From positions 32,240,001 through 32,304,000 of the forward strand of contig CM022670.1 of assembly GCA_012295275.1 (NCBI GenBank): a DNA stretch of 64,000 nucleotides, given 5' to 3'. The notes below the pieces were generated by a model. It saw only the letters and a list, made by a program, of their open reading frames with translations, made no database searches and was not told the DNA's origin. This document shows, piece by piece, positions 1 through 14,165 of this stretch. The stretch is from Chrysomallon squamiferum (lineage: Eukaryota > Animalia > Mollusca). Positions within the stretch are counted from its first letter, which is position 1. The number at the start of each line of letters is the position of its first letter. The position numbers and the translations under genes are program-made.

Positions 1-1737
1 TAATAAAAAATAATTAGAAGTACTAATACAATATTAGCACATTACTGATTTGCTGAAATTAGCTATATGTTTCTGTCAGTTTCAATATTATTTTTCTCTG
101 TCAGTGGTCTTGCTTAAGCAGACTAGTGATAATAATAAATGGGTAGCCTGTGTTAATTTATTTGGAGGTTTGCCATTTCACAGGGGTTTGTGAGTAAGCT
201 ATAACCTGGTCTTGCATCATAACCATTTCATTTAGTGAATGACCAAAAGAAGCTTGTTTCAAGTTTTAGAGTTAGAAATTACTTAAAGATTTCAGCAGAA
301 ATAATGTCTTCATTTCAGAGAAACCATGTCTTCAATGTCAAAAAAATAAAATAAAACAAACAACAAAAATTCAAGTAAGTTTGTACATATATAATGAAGT
401 TAGTAAGAAAATAACTAGCTAAACAAGACTAAACTGTGATACTAACATAATTTAGTCATGTTAATGAAATAATTTAATACAAAGTGATGACAAATTTCTG
501 AAGTAGAATGTAAAGTTGAGTTGAAATGATTCATTTAAACAGGTTCCCAGACATATTTCATTTTCTAATCAGTTTTGCTTGACTAACTTATAACAAAAGG
601 TCTTCTGATGTTTTCCGACTTTCCAGAAGGTATGATCCATGAAATTAAAAAAAGCCAATCTATTGACTATTTAATACAACATATCCTCTGTCATGAATTG
701 CAATTCAGCAACTTTTCACTCCATGAAAAAATACAAAGTAGTATGTGTTGTCAGTAATGATTTTATTTCAACATTTTTTATCAAATAATCTGAAATAAAA
801 TTTGCCTGATATTAGAAAATTCATGTAGTAACATATAGTGTACTGTAAGCACTGAAAAGACTCGATTTATTTTTAAAATTTTGGTAAAAAATTTCTGTAG
901 TTTAATTAGGTGCAACTTACAATAACATGTTTTCACACTTTTAACCTTCGATTCCAGTATAAATAATGAACCATTCTGTTATTAATTTATTCTGTTTATT
1001 CAGCAAACAGCATGTTTGGTTTATGATTTAATGAAAAAGAAGTCAGTCAGTATAATTTAAATGTAATCTACGTACACCAACATAACATAAGAAATGATAC
1101 CTTTTCTTATTAGAACAATGAAATGTGTTTCCATTATTTTTATTGTCTGCAGGCAATTAAATGTTAATCTGGTACATAAAAGTTCAGTTATAACATTTAA
1201 TATAACAATAATAAATAAAATCAAAGGCTCAGTATAATGCCATGTTGTTAAATACTGTAAATCTCTTATAATAATGATAATGATGAACACATTTATCAAA
1301 TTTTAGAATTTAAAATATTAAGAAATTAACAAAAAACCAAAGAAACTAGAAAAAAAGCAATTTTCAAACAACTATTATGTTAATTGTTTCATTAGTTTGT
1401 AAATAAAACATGGAAAGATTCATTGTATGAGGTTTCACCATTTTCATATCATTATTGCATGTAGATAAACTAAGATTACCCAGTCAACACTGTAAAGTAA
1501 GGTGTGGAGATGTTATTAGCACAAGCTATTTAATTTTATGTAAATGTGAGTCAGCTGGTACATTTTCTCCACAGACAGCAATTTCTTCTCAAACTGTACT
1601 TGCCACATTTCCTTCCAAAAACAGGAAATATTACTGACTTAACTTTTTAAACAACATTTTTTTATTTCAGATCATTAATTTATAATTGCTGGTGTTTGTC
1701 TTGTATTTTAACACGGAAGAAAAACAACAACACTTCA

Positions 1738-1800
1738 GTGTGTGTGTGTGTGTGTGTGTGTGTGTCTGTGTGTGGGTGTGGGTGGGTGGGTGGGTGGGTG
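1738..1800. repeat. (GT)n grading into (GGGT)n microsatellite
   Basis: Directly visible. Confidence 0.9.
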
Positions 1801-4800
1801 CATGTTGACACACATACATAAAAGCTTTTTTCATATACTGTGATCATTCAAATTTTGTTTTAATCTTTAAAGAAAATGTTGAGGATGTATTCCTATTATT
1901 AACAATTTCATGGAGTATAATATTTCAAATAACAATTTAATTAAATGTCTTGAGACCATTCTGTTCTCACAGTATAAATTTATATCTTAAAAAAAAAAAA
2001 AAAATACAAATTTCAAACAAGCATTAATAATAGGTACAAGACTTCTTCAAGCAATTGCCTTTTCTGTTGTGCTATTGTTGACATAATGCAAAAATCCCTT
2101 CAACAAATGTGAAATAAACAGAAACTCATGTTCTGATGAATACAAATTCTAGAAGAATAAATTCATAAAATGGCAAGCTGGAAGTAAAAAGCTTTGACTG
2201 AGAAAAGGTAACAAGTAACTATCAAATGACAGGGTATTATGTACAGTGTCTGGAAACACAATACTCCACCCACCACACACACACTTATAAACTACAATGA
2301 AGTGTATGTCTCAGGACAGTATGAGGTCAGGAAATTGTGCTAGAGGCTAACCGCAAGGTGACAAGAGGACACACATTTCAAATTCCCCGACACTGAAAAA
2401 TGACAAACAATACTGCAATAAACCAACCACTAATTTGAATATGAAATGATACCAAAAACAACACAGAAGAATCTATTCAAAAAAGATTTAATAAAAATAT
2501 TTAACAGGTATGTTAAAAGTATCTCTATAAATCTGATGAACATTTCAGTTCTGATCAGTTTATTTTGAACTATATTTTTAAAAACAAATTTAGAAAATGA
2601 AACAAAGAAAAAAATGCTTTTTAATTAATTTACATACCAAGAAAAATTCAGTTCATTTCATACAAACAAATTTTGGTTTCAATTTGAAGAATGAAAATTT
2701 AGTTACTGTTGAGGGTTTTTACTCTGTAACTTATTTTTTCTTAACTTTTGGGATCATAATGTGTTTTCGATTACTTATAATAACCTGGTATAAATTGAAA
2801 GATTTTAAAATAAAATTTGCTGCTTTTACTGCTATTTTTTTTTTTTTAAATACTGTTGGTAAACGTAGTGATCAAACTTTTTTTAACACATTCTTATTAC
2901 CAAAGCTATTCCCTTGGTAAAATAAAAAAATTCTTAAGTAAGACAACTGCAAATAATGAATTTACAGGTTAAAAAAAACGAATTACCCCATACTGTCTTA
3001 CATGTCAAGCAGACTTTTGAATTATAATTAAAAATAAAACCACAGAAATTGTTAAAGTAACCTCCCAAACAATAAATCAGCTTAGTAATCACAGTGCAAT
3101 TCCTTATCAAAAAGAGGTTACAGAGAAAAAGTAGCTGAGGCCAGATGCCTTGAGAATGTATTTGGGATATTGTTGGTAATTAACAGAAGGTCACAAAGTT
3201 ACCAAAAGAGCTATAAAAGAATATGGAGTGGAGATAACCTATGAGCAGCAATGTTCATCAGATCCTAGCTATTCCCAGGAAACCACTTGCTGGCTTTAAG
3301 CAAAACTCTTTTCTCCTACACCTTTTCTTCTGCCATTAGAATGCAATCATCTGAACTCTGAACTTGATGAATATCTTGCAGGTTCAGAACAATAATATAA
3401 TCAGGCAACAGCTGTACGTGCAAATATGTTTGTTCATTTGTTTCCCAGAATATACGTGTGTGTGTGGGTGGTTGATCAAAGATTGCTCTGTATAGCATTA
3501 CATGAAATGACAAAAAATGCTGGTGATTTATGTTTGTTTTTACAATCTTCATTACTGGATTTGCTCAAGATTCTAATATGCATTTTAAGAAAGTCAAAAA
3601 TATAATAATGTTTTAAATTGTTTTAGTTGAGAGTTTTGATGTTATTTTTTTATTTTAAGTAGCTCAACTAACAAGTTAAGCTGAAAAAATAAATTATGTT
3701 GTTAAAGCACAGGTGCATTTTATTCATGGAAACATATTCTGAAAAAAATGTAAACAGTTCGTAATAGGTTAAGTAAAACAGATGAATTTATCTTTGACAT
3801 AAATTATATGCTAACCCAGAAAAATCATTACATCAGTTCAGCTGAAATAAATACTACAGAACTCCATTACAATATGTAAGCAAAATACTTATTTTTAATA
3901 CAGGCATAAGATAAAAAACCTCTAATAAAAACTAGGTATGTAAATTTATAATGTGTTTATTGTAATATAAAGGCCTGCATGAACAACATTTTACACTGGT
4001 GTACTCAGTAACTGCTTTAATGAGCACTCTGGTCAGAAATAATGTTGCAGACTTCTAACAAACACTTTATTTGAAGAAGCATTTCAGGCAATCACAAATA
4101 CTGACCTCTTGCACATAGTTGAGAAATAAAGTGATAAATCAAAGGTGGAAACTACTTCAGGACTGATCATTATTATCAGATATAATCAGCTCTTATCTAG
4201 AAAGGAAGCATTTTAACTCATCAAAACTTAATATATGGTTCAAGAAGAACACTGAATATATGCATAGCTTTTATCAGGTAGTCACTACATTATCAGAATA
4301 ATTAGTTTCTGGACAGTGTAAGTAAATAAAAGCATGTTGATAATTTCTTCATGAAAGCTGGTATTACTAAATTAAATTTATTCATGTTTTTATAGCTGTA
4401 AGATGATAGCCATATCATGCAAAAGAAGGCGATATTCAGTACTGATTTGAAAATGAAATATGATAAAAAAAATATCTTAGCAAAACCACACACTGCTGTG
4501 TTACAGGTGCCTTTAAGAACAGAATTTAATAACATCCAGTGGTGAAAATGAATAGCTTCTTTCTAGATGATTTTAAAGGCACCCATCCCCACCCCACAAA
4601 TAAACACACCTACAGACACTCACCCACACACCACTGTCAGACCACAAACACAATTTTTCAAAAATGAATAAATGCATGTATTTTATAAAGCAAAATTTTA
4701 ACACGTTTTATATTAATTTCACAGATTTCAGAGGTTCCTAGTCTAAGACATGCCAAAAATGGATTATACATGTAAAGACATTATTACCCTTCCGTATCTA

Positions 4801-5358
4801 ATAATGAAAATTTCTATTGTTGTTCTCCTATTTATTCATGCATTATAAAGACACTGTAGCTTAAAGAATAATGACACACTGCACTGAATGACAGGAACAA
4901 ACCGAACGACTCTCAAGTGTGGTTAATGCATGCATGTGAGCAGGAGAACTTGTGGAATTGTATCTTTTGTTAATAAATCCAGTGTTAATTAAAATGGGAA
5001 AATCCAAAACATGTAAATATTTCCCACAACCTAACATACAGCATGGTCATGATGAATATGATCATGGTCATGGAATTAAAATAATTATGTAGTTTTATGA
5101 CATGTATTTAAAATGGTATTAATTTACCTCTTTTCATTATTTATAATTTACTCTATGGTTTCTAAAATTCATTATAATATGTAAGTTATATCTGCTGTCT
5201 ACATAATATAATATTACAATTATACTGAAGTTAGATTAACTATGATCAGTCTATTGTAATTTAGAAATAATTTTAATAACATTTGTACAATTTAATACAA
5301 AATTTTTAAATTATCCTATAATTTTTATTTTTTTAAATCTTGAATTTCATGAGCTCAC

Positions 5359-5651
5359 CTGCCCTAAATCTAATGTAACTGACACATAATTGAATTCTCT
5401 CCCATTTGTCAGTGTGGGGCTTTGCCACCATTTATTGCTGCCATCAATGGCATTCTGGATTGGATGTCTTTGGTGACGGATATGACTCCTTGAATCACAG
5501 ATATCACAGTGGCCATTTTTGTCAGAAAATATTTTCACGTGTTCCACAAGCTTGCAGAACAATTCTGGACCATTATCCCCACACGTTGCATTTGCAGTGA
5601 TCCGAGAACGAGAGGCAAGATTGAACACCACTGGAAACAAACCATCTGTAT
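5359..5651 (-). CDS. LAMA1/2: Laminin alpha-1/2-like, coding exon 2 (start of LN / domain VI)
   Basis: Translates DTDGLFPVVFNLASRSRITANATCGDNGPELFCKLVEHV...HPIQNAIDGSNKWWQSPTLTNGREFNYVSVTLDLGQ, the recognisable laminin alpha1/alpha2 N-terminus. Acceptor TTGCAG, donor CAG|GTGAGC. The next exon was not found in 1-5358. Confidence 0.95.
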
Positions 5652-6553
5652 CTGCAACTAAACAAAGAAAACAAACATTAAAAATATACATTTAAAACAC
5701 AACAAGACATCATTTTATTAAATATCAATAGCCTCAGTGACAATTACCTCTGTAACACACATAAAATATTGAAGTTGTCAAAAATCACCAAAATGTATGT
5801 CATTTTATTATTTTCTAAATATAAAGAGAAAGAAAAATTAAATTCTAGTCTGAAATTTTAATTCATAAGCTAGACTTAAAAATTAGAACTATTATTCAGT
5901 ATACTTCAACATAAAATATTCCATTCTTGCTGCCCTTTCAGGAAGCCTTTAAAATAAAATAACAAACAATATCTTACTAAGGTTTGTAGTTGGTTGTATA
6001 TATTTTTCATTTTTAAAGGGTCTTTTTTTAACTTTTAACTGTCACACATTTTTTTAAAATATAAATATATCTTGTTACTGTAATGTGACCCATCCCACTG
6101 AACAGATTTTAAGTCCCATTTTGGTTAAATGGAATTATAAACCTTTTCAGATTTTTGATTCCATAAGCTTTATTTTGATCCCTCATTCATCTCTGTATCA
6201 TGTTTAGTTCCACAAATATGGCCAGTTATAATTATATGTGTAGAAAAATTTAAAGGTTTCCATCAATTAGCAGTTTTCATAAATCTAAAACATATCTTAG
6301 GATTAATATCTATCATTTCATCACTACATCAAAGAGATTAGGCATATAAAAACCCATTTTTTACAGAATATCAAAAATGAAAATTTTGGTGTCACTTCAC
6401 AATTGTCAGCTAAAGCTTAGTACTTGCCATCAGACTTAAGACCTGGTTTGATGTAATAGGTCACATTTTCAAAGTAATTTTTTTATTTATAAAAGTCCTA
6501 TAAACACAGAACATGAGGTTATGTTTAAAAAGGTATTTTTAACTTTGAATGTA

Positions 6554-6606
<53 letters not shown>
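6554..6606. repeat. (TAT)n microsatellite
   Basis: Directly visible. It explains the poly-Ile ORF 6539..6733. Confidence 0.95.
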
Positions 6607-6841
6607 GAAAAAGTATTCTGTCTTTAAAACATGATCTGTTTACATGAAAACATGATATAAAACAAATTCTAAATGAAAAAAATGTTTTATCATGTAGCAT
6701 TATATAATGCATAAACAAACTTTTATCCTGCATGGTTAAAGCTTAAACTGCTATTTTATAAGTAAACAATATCAAAAGCAAAGTTTCAGATATCATATTT
6801 AATATTCTAAACACTTTTATAGTCCATCTTTTTTCTTATTC

Positions 6842-6874
<33 letters not shown>

Positions 6875-9800
6875 CTTAAGGTCTACAAATCATAGTTTAG
6901 GCAGCTATTGTTCACTAGGCTTTCATGAACTGAGAAATGCTTTAAAATAGTGAAAAGTCAGATAGGGTTCTACTTATTGTGATTAGATATGCCTGTTATG
7001 TTCTCTGTGAATGGGAAGCTCTTTTCACCACCTCGTTGGCAAGCTGGCCTATACTTTTACAGTATGGCTGGCCTGTCAGGTCTGTGGGGAATGTATAAAG
7101 CACAAACACCACTGTCTTGTTACTTGACCACATGTTGCTTGTTCTGCTATCTTAGGCTAAGCAGTGTGTGTCCAATTTGGTTAACACCACCTATTGGCAC
7201 CTATTACTTAGGAATTTTCTGCAAATGTATAAAACTGGTGGATACCAGTTGCTTTTTTTTCTTTCATTCTTTCTTTGAATTTTTTTTTTTTTTTTTTACA
7301 CACAGTATTTTTAACAACAGAACTGTCTGTGAAATTTGCTTATTATAAATTATTAAGTCATTTTTTGTATTCAAGATATCTTTCATTTAAAATGATTAAA
7401 ATTATTTATATGTTTGTTGTTCACGACATACCATAACAAAAATAAAATCAGCTGTCGGGTGTCATTCAAAGGTGTAAATCAATTTAAGCAGCCATTAAAC
7501 TGGGGTTAACAGGTGTAATTACCACTAATGTAAATTTTTTACAATTTTGTGTTAAGTAAACATTTTTTTATATAATACTATAATTAATTTTTTTAATTTT
7601 TTATACTGATATAATAACATGAAAAAATTTAATTACATTAAAATTAAACAGACAAAATGTCTTAATCTGAAAAAAGGAATAGCCAAAATATCTTAGTCCA
7701 AAAAAAAACCCTGCCTTAAGTAAATATCTCTTCACCATGAAAAATATACTTGAAAAACAATGATTTAACTTATAACTTTAAAAATAAAAATTCCAGTTTT
7801 AAATAATACCTATGAAAAATGTATTTGAAAAACAATTGTACAAGTACAGAGAATTTTGACACTGTTTTCATAAATTCTTAAATGTATCAACTATACAGAA
7901 TTAAACATCTTTATGAGACCAATGCACAGTTATTAAAATTCATCAATGAACACCAGTCCATTCTTGTTCAGTTAATGTTTACAACACTGTTAAATTTTAA
8001 CAACATGTTTTGAATTCCATGTTTTAAGCTGACACCTTTAATTCCATGCAGGAGAGAAAAGACATGACAGTGTTTTAAAAACAGAGGGGACCAGAAGGCC
8101 AGACAGGTGAACCCTGCACATGAATGCACAATTAAAGTTGTTGTCTGTCATTCACATCTGACATCTCCTGTCTTTTGTTATTGCTGAATGAATTCATAAA
8201 TAGATCTCTATGTCAGTGTGAAAAAAAGGTGAAAAGAAAAATGTTGTGTTACAGATGGTTATAAACTGAAATGAAAATGGTAATTTGTTTATAATTATAC
8301 TTAAAAATAATTCTTAGAAAAATTATATTATTTAAATTATATTCTTTATATTTTATTTATTTATTTGAGTAAAATGGAATTAATAAAAAAAAAAAAGAGT
8401 AAATAAAAACTTTATTATTTTGCTATAATTCAAGGATATATCAATCAGAACAAGATTTTTCTTCCATTAAGTTTAAAACATGTATTTAAATTTTCCAAAC
8501 TGATTCGATGACTGTCAACAATCAACAGCATGTGTTGTTTTGTTTTTAATCTGTTTATATGTCTCTATTACATTAATACCACTGTTGTCAAATACAAAAA
8601 ACACTGCAAGTGGAACTGCCACACAAAGACCAGCTTGTTTACACACTGCATTGTTTAATATCTATTACTTCAAAAAAATCTGTTACACATGTGGAAATCC
8701 AAAGTTACAATTTTTTTTTTTTTTTTTTTTTTTAATATTCTAAACATTACAACATGTGAACAATGGGGGTAAAAAAGATAACAGACACTATACACTATAC
8801 ACCTGTCCCAATTATCATCACATAAAAACAAAAAACTCCAAACAATTTTTGTTTCTAGAAGGTGATAAAAAATATACTTGGACATAAAAATGTCCTTAAT
8901 GTTTATACATGATTAATGGTTTTGGTAACAGAAATATGATGATCCAGTCTCAGTTTTTCACAAAGCTAACACTCAGAACCTAAACAGATCAACAAGTAGG
9001 TGATCATCTGAAGGGCAGCATTTTCAAAAAAATGTGGTAAAAATTAAATATTTGAGTATTAATGTGCCATTAGCAATCTGGTGCACATAACAGGGTGAAA
9101 GACATATCATGTGACTGTTAGTATTTATATGTTAATACTGCATAACAATAAATGAACACAATCCTGAAACTGCTAAAATGATATATAAAACCGTTTACTA
9201 AACCATGTCACTGACACAGCAAGCCCTTTGACAAACCAGTCGTGTGGCAGTGACTGGTATGGCAATGCGAGCACCAAGAAACACTGATGGTGAAACTTAA
9301 TACCTGAAGATTAATATTTGGAGAATCTCAGAACTTCAAAAATATCACTTATGTCATTATTACTACTACTACTGAAATAGTTTTCATCTTATTACTAAAC
9401 ATTCTTATTTTAATTTTTGCTGTTTTTTAATGCCCTCATACTACACATACCTGTATTTCAAATTTAGCACAATACAATATTTTTTTACTGACATGAAACA
9501 ATAAGGACTTTGTTTGGGTCACAGTGTTTTGTTCACAAACATCCCACACAAACCTGAGTCAGTAACAACACTAGTGCATGTATGCATAATGAAACCTATC
9601 CTTGCCAAGTTATGTAAGAGAGTGTGAGATCATTTTTATATCCAACAGGTAGTTGAAATCATTCTTTGCAAACAAGATGACTAACTAATGGTTTGTGAGA
9701 TTAAAATTAACACCCATATATTTCTTTAAACAACACAAAAAATAATATAGGTGTTTTTAATTTCCCTAATGCTATTACTTAGACATTAAAAGCTGCCATT

Positions 9801-12800
9801 ACTAGAAAAAGTAATCATGCAACCTACATGTGTTATAATAATAATAAAAAAAGGAATATTTAATACTTTTCACATTTTTATGATCTGAATCGAGAGTCAG
9901 CCTAGTTTTAAATTTCTAGTTACATCTTAATGCAAGCTGAATCGAACATGTCATAGTAACAGGATGCATGCTGGTAAAAAAAAAAAAATGTAAAAAGTTT
10001 CCATGTAAAAATATTTAAACAGAATTTTGAATCAGCCCTATAAATAGAAATAATCTTACTCCATTAACTAAAATAACTGTAGAAAATATTAATATTAGTC
10101 CTCAGTCAAGCACAAACACAACGAGTTAATACTTGACTGTGCTAACTATAGGATCATCACAGCATTTAGAGAAAGAGGATTTCTCAGTGTTCAAGCATTG
10201 TGTTACCAGCATGCTTTGTCTGTATCAGTGTGAAAACAATAACAACCTGTTGGGTTTGATACAGACACTAAGTAAAGTATGACCATGTGTGTTTATTATG
10301 CTTAGACTGAGACAAATGCTCCAGTATTCTGCCTGTGAAAGCCTGACAGGATGGGCAAGTGCTTGATCAAAGACTGAAAACACTGTCAGAGGATTCTTCT
10401 TTGTGATGATAGTCAAACAACTACCATTCCAAAAACATACTGCACTGGAATAAGAATCAGAACCATATGATTATCAACAAACTTTGAATCCAGCAGTCCC
10501 ACAAAGCATTGAAAGGATCAAACATAAATCAGTGTGTGGTTTCTTTCTTTACCATACAGCTAAATGTTACTTTCAAAAGTTCTGAAGCATTAAAAAATAA
10601 CAGATCTTTGTTTTATTTCATTCTGGAATATTCATCAACTTACATCTACACACATATACAAATACACACATGCACACACATGCACACACGTTTAGGTAAT
10701 ATATATCTTCACAAATTTGTTCTTGTTGCATACCACTGAGAAATAAAAGAAACATTCATAAAGACCTTCAGTAAAAATTCGTTTGTGATTTTATTTATAT
10801 ATATATATATATATATATAAACAATTATATATAAACTGAAATCAGTTATAGTACAATGACTTCAAAGACACTGTTAATTTTCAGATTAAATAAATATAAA
10901 TACTTGAAAAATCTGAGCCTCAAATTAAACTAAAAAGACTTCAAAATGCAAAACAAAAATCTAATTCACAAATAAATAAACAAAAACAGTCTGGTAAGTA
11001 TTTCATAAGTATCCAAACAAGTAAACTTCAACAGGAGGAAGAAAAACAGTAGAAAAATCTGTGTCAATGCTTTTTTTTTTTTTTAATCCTTTACTTGTCC
11101 AGTGACAAAGAAAAGGTTTATGGAATATTTTGGATAAATAATGTAAATGTCACATTTTTCTCTGCCTTTCTTGAGCTGATGGAGTTGTTTTACAGAATGA
11201 CAAATCTGACTGTTTTAAAATAAAAGCAATTTTTAACACAAATACAAATTACCATAAATTTTCATAATTATCACAAGTCAGAACAAATTTATTAATGACC
11301 CAAAAATAAATGAAAACAAAGTAATAAAATATCATACTTTCAACAGAGCTGAACTGAAAATGCTGATGTTAATGTGCTCTCAGTTTAATTTCTATTTATC
11401 ATGTTTTAAAACATAATTATACAATGTGAATTTGACCTTTTTATATAATTATATATGTACCCAAAACACATATTCATTTAAAAATATTTACCTGACAAAC
11501 TTAAATAACAGGTATGCATTAAAATATATACATTACAAATATGCATATACATGATTTTTTCAAAAAATAATTTCAGAAAGCGATTTTGTTAAAGAGATTA
11601 AAATAAAAATTTATGATTAATCCTTATCTCTATTCCATTTCCTAGGTCATGGTTTAATCATTAGTGCAAAAGGAAGTGTAGTATTTAAAAAAAACACATA
11701 TATTCTAAACTGAGACTGCTCTAAACACCTGCTCCTGTCCAAGTACACTGCCACAAAACTAAAACATCCTGAGAATGTTTTTTCAGTTTTTTTAAAGTCA
11801 ATAAATATGTGTTAAAAATTTGTTTGAGTGAGGTGTGTTCTTGTGTGACATCAGCCCAAAAAAAGAATAGTTTGAAGATTCATATCTTATATGCCCTATA
11901 AAACACAGAGAAAGAGTCAGAATAAGAAAGACAGAAAGAGTGAAAGGGAAAGTGAGAAAGCATGAGAAAGACAGCAAATGAGTGAGAAAGAAAAAAAAGA
12001 AAACTACACACACACACACACATACATACATATACATAAAAAAAAAAAAAGCCCATTAAAGTTTTGTGAAAATAAACTTTTGTGGTAATTATACAAAACA
12101 AAATTAGTATGAAGGTATTTTTACCTTCCTGCTGCTCAAAAAACAAAACAAAAAATAAGGATCATTATTTATTATAATACTAATAAAAATATCCCATTAG
12201 GAAACAATAATAAAAATAGTTATTATTTCCTAATGGGATACCACTTTCAGGTCAAGCCAATGGCAGTGAGAACATTCCTATACAACAAAGACAATGATAT
12301 AAAACTCCTATGGCAACAAGGACAAAGGTAATCTAGTAATTTTACTTTAGTATGTTTAATTATTTTTGTGCTGTATTGTTAAAATAACCAGAGTAATAAA
12401 TAAAAGGGCAACAGGATGATGACCACAACAATAAATAACTTTCCCTGAAATTGACCAGCTTGGGACTATTAAACTGTCATGGGTATTAATGGGTAAAAAA
12501 TTACATTTTAAGGATAAATAATCTAAATGATTAGCTAATGATATAATGTTATGACAAACTAATCAAGAGCATACAATCAATTTTGATTATATACATTAGA
12601 AACAGAGACAGAGCTAGAAAAAAATATATATACATATTCATAAATATACTGCTGAAATTAACAAAAGGTTAATGTTCAAATGATTAAGTCCAGGAATATT
12701 TTAAAATAATATTTTTTAATTTGAGTCAGGCATGGTGCTCAAAAGTATATCATTAACATTTATTGTATTTGTGTAAATCCGAGTAACAGTTATTTATTAA

Positions 12801-13399
12801 AATGTCTGCACAAAGATTTAAAAAATAATGTTATGGATTTAGATTTCACTCTGTACTTTGTGTCTCATAATAATGTAATTTAAAGCCACAACAATGTTGA
12901 CAGTACTGTATTAGACAGTGGCAAAAACCTCAATGGGTAAAGAATTTTCAACAACCTGAGATAAATTCTACAAGCTTTAACACAAAATACTGTAGCAAAA
13001 TGTGAATCAAAAGTCACAAACACTATAATCTTCAATAATGAATATGAAAGATCATTTTATATAATTATTAGAAATTGCTTCACACAGTTGTCCCATTGAA
13101 GAAAGTCATTTGACTCAAACCAACTATATATCAAACTTTTATATCTCAATAAAGCATTCTGAGTCATAAGACTTTTCAATGGTCTTCCATTGTGTTGAAT
13201 ACACTTAAATTATCTGAAGAATTTTTTTCTTTCTTTCTTTTTTGTACAATTACTGAAATGATAAAAAAGAAGAAAACCCCCCATTAAATTGCAGTTTTCT
13301 AAGCAATGGTCTACTCTTCCAGTACAGTCTGCCAATGTTGTTATAATGTGAAACTTTTTTTAAAAATGGTGATTTAATATCAGGAACAAAATAAATTTT

Positions 13400-14165
13400 A
13401 CTACTAACCATAAACCTTCAAAATTAATGTTTTAAAAGTATTGCTGAATAATTAATTTAACAAGAATGTTCTTCACATATGCTTAGATACTTTGACATTT
13501 TCATAATCTGGGTTAAATCTTATGTGGATATATGACATCATTATTTTTGTAAAAACATAACCCTTCACACATAAAACCATAATTGAAAGATTAATATGAT
13601 AAAAATGCAGTCTCATACGTGCTATTTTAGATATGTTTGCCTTTTTATAAACTAGGGTAATTCTTACATCTATATATGGTATCGTACATTTTGTAAATTA
13701 TGTTATATATACAGTTACTGATATAAAAAACAGAGAATGTTGTAAACAAATGGTTTCATCTCCCAGCAGAGTGCCAGTGTTGTTATAAAAAAAAACATAA
13801 ATTAGAACTGAGGTCAAATTTGGTCTAAAAATATTGATTATATACTGATTTAAAACAAATTTAACTAACAACATAAAACTTCACAGATAATGTTTTAAAA
13901 GTAAAGCTGAAGGATTAATTGTGACAAAAATGATGTATCATGTATGCTATCTTAAACTAGGAGAAATTTTATCAAATTTTTTGAAATTATGTAAAACTGT
14001 TAACCTTAACAAAAACAACAAAAAAGTATAACTGAAAGATTAATATGACAAAAATGCTGTCTCATATAATTATGTGCTATCTTAGACACTCAGGCATTTT
14101 CTTAAACTGATAATTCTTAAGTGTGTCTGACATGATACTTTTTTGTAAGTATCGAAAGAAAGGTT
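13400..14165. repeat. Degenerate tandem repeat (four related ~140 bp units)
   Basis: Core (C/T)TGAA..ATTAAT.TGACAAAAATG....TCAT..TGCTAT.TTAGA recurs near 13444, 13583, 13907 and 14032. Confidence 0.6.

Noticed and set aside
3130-3190. AEARCLENVFGIL, resembling the Harbinger transposase motif RARRVVENAFGIL
   Set aside because: A single short motif with no convincing flanking homology, TIRs or TSD.
1-5358. Laminin exon 3 (expected ...AYVIVKAANSPRPGNWILERS...)
   Set aside because: No such reading was found on the minus strand. It probably lies beyond the window edge.
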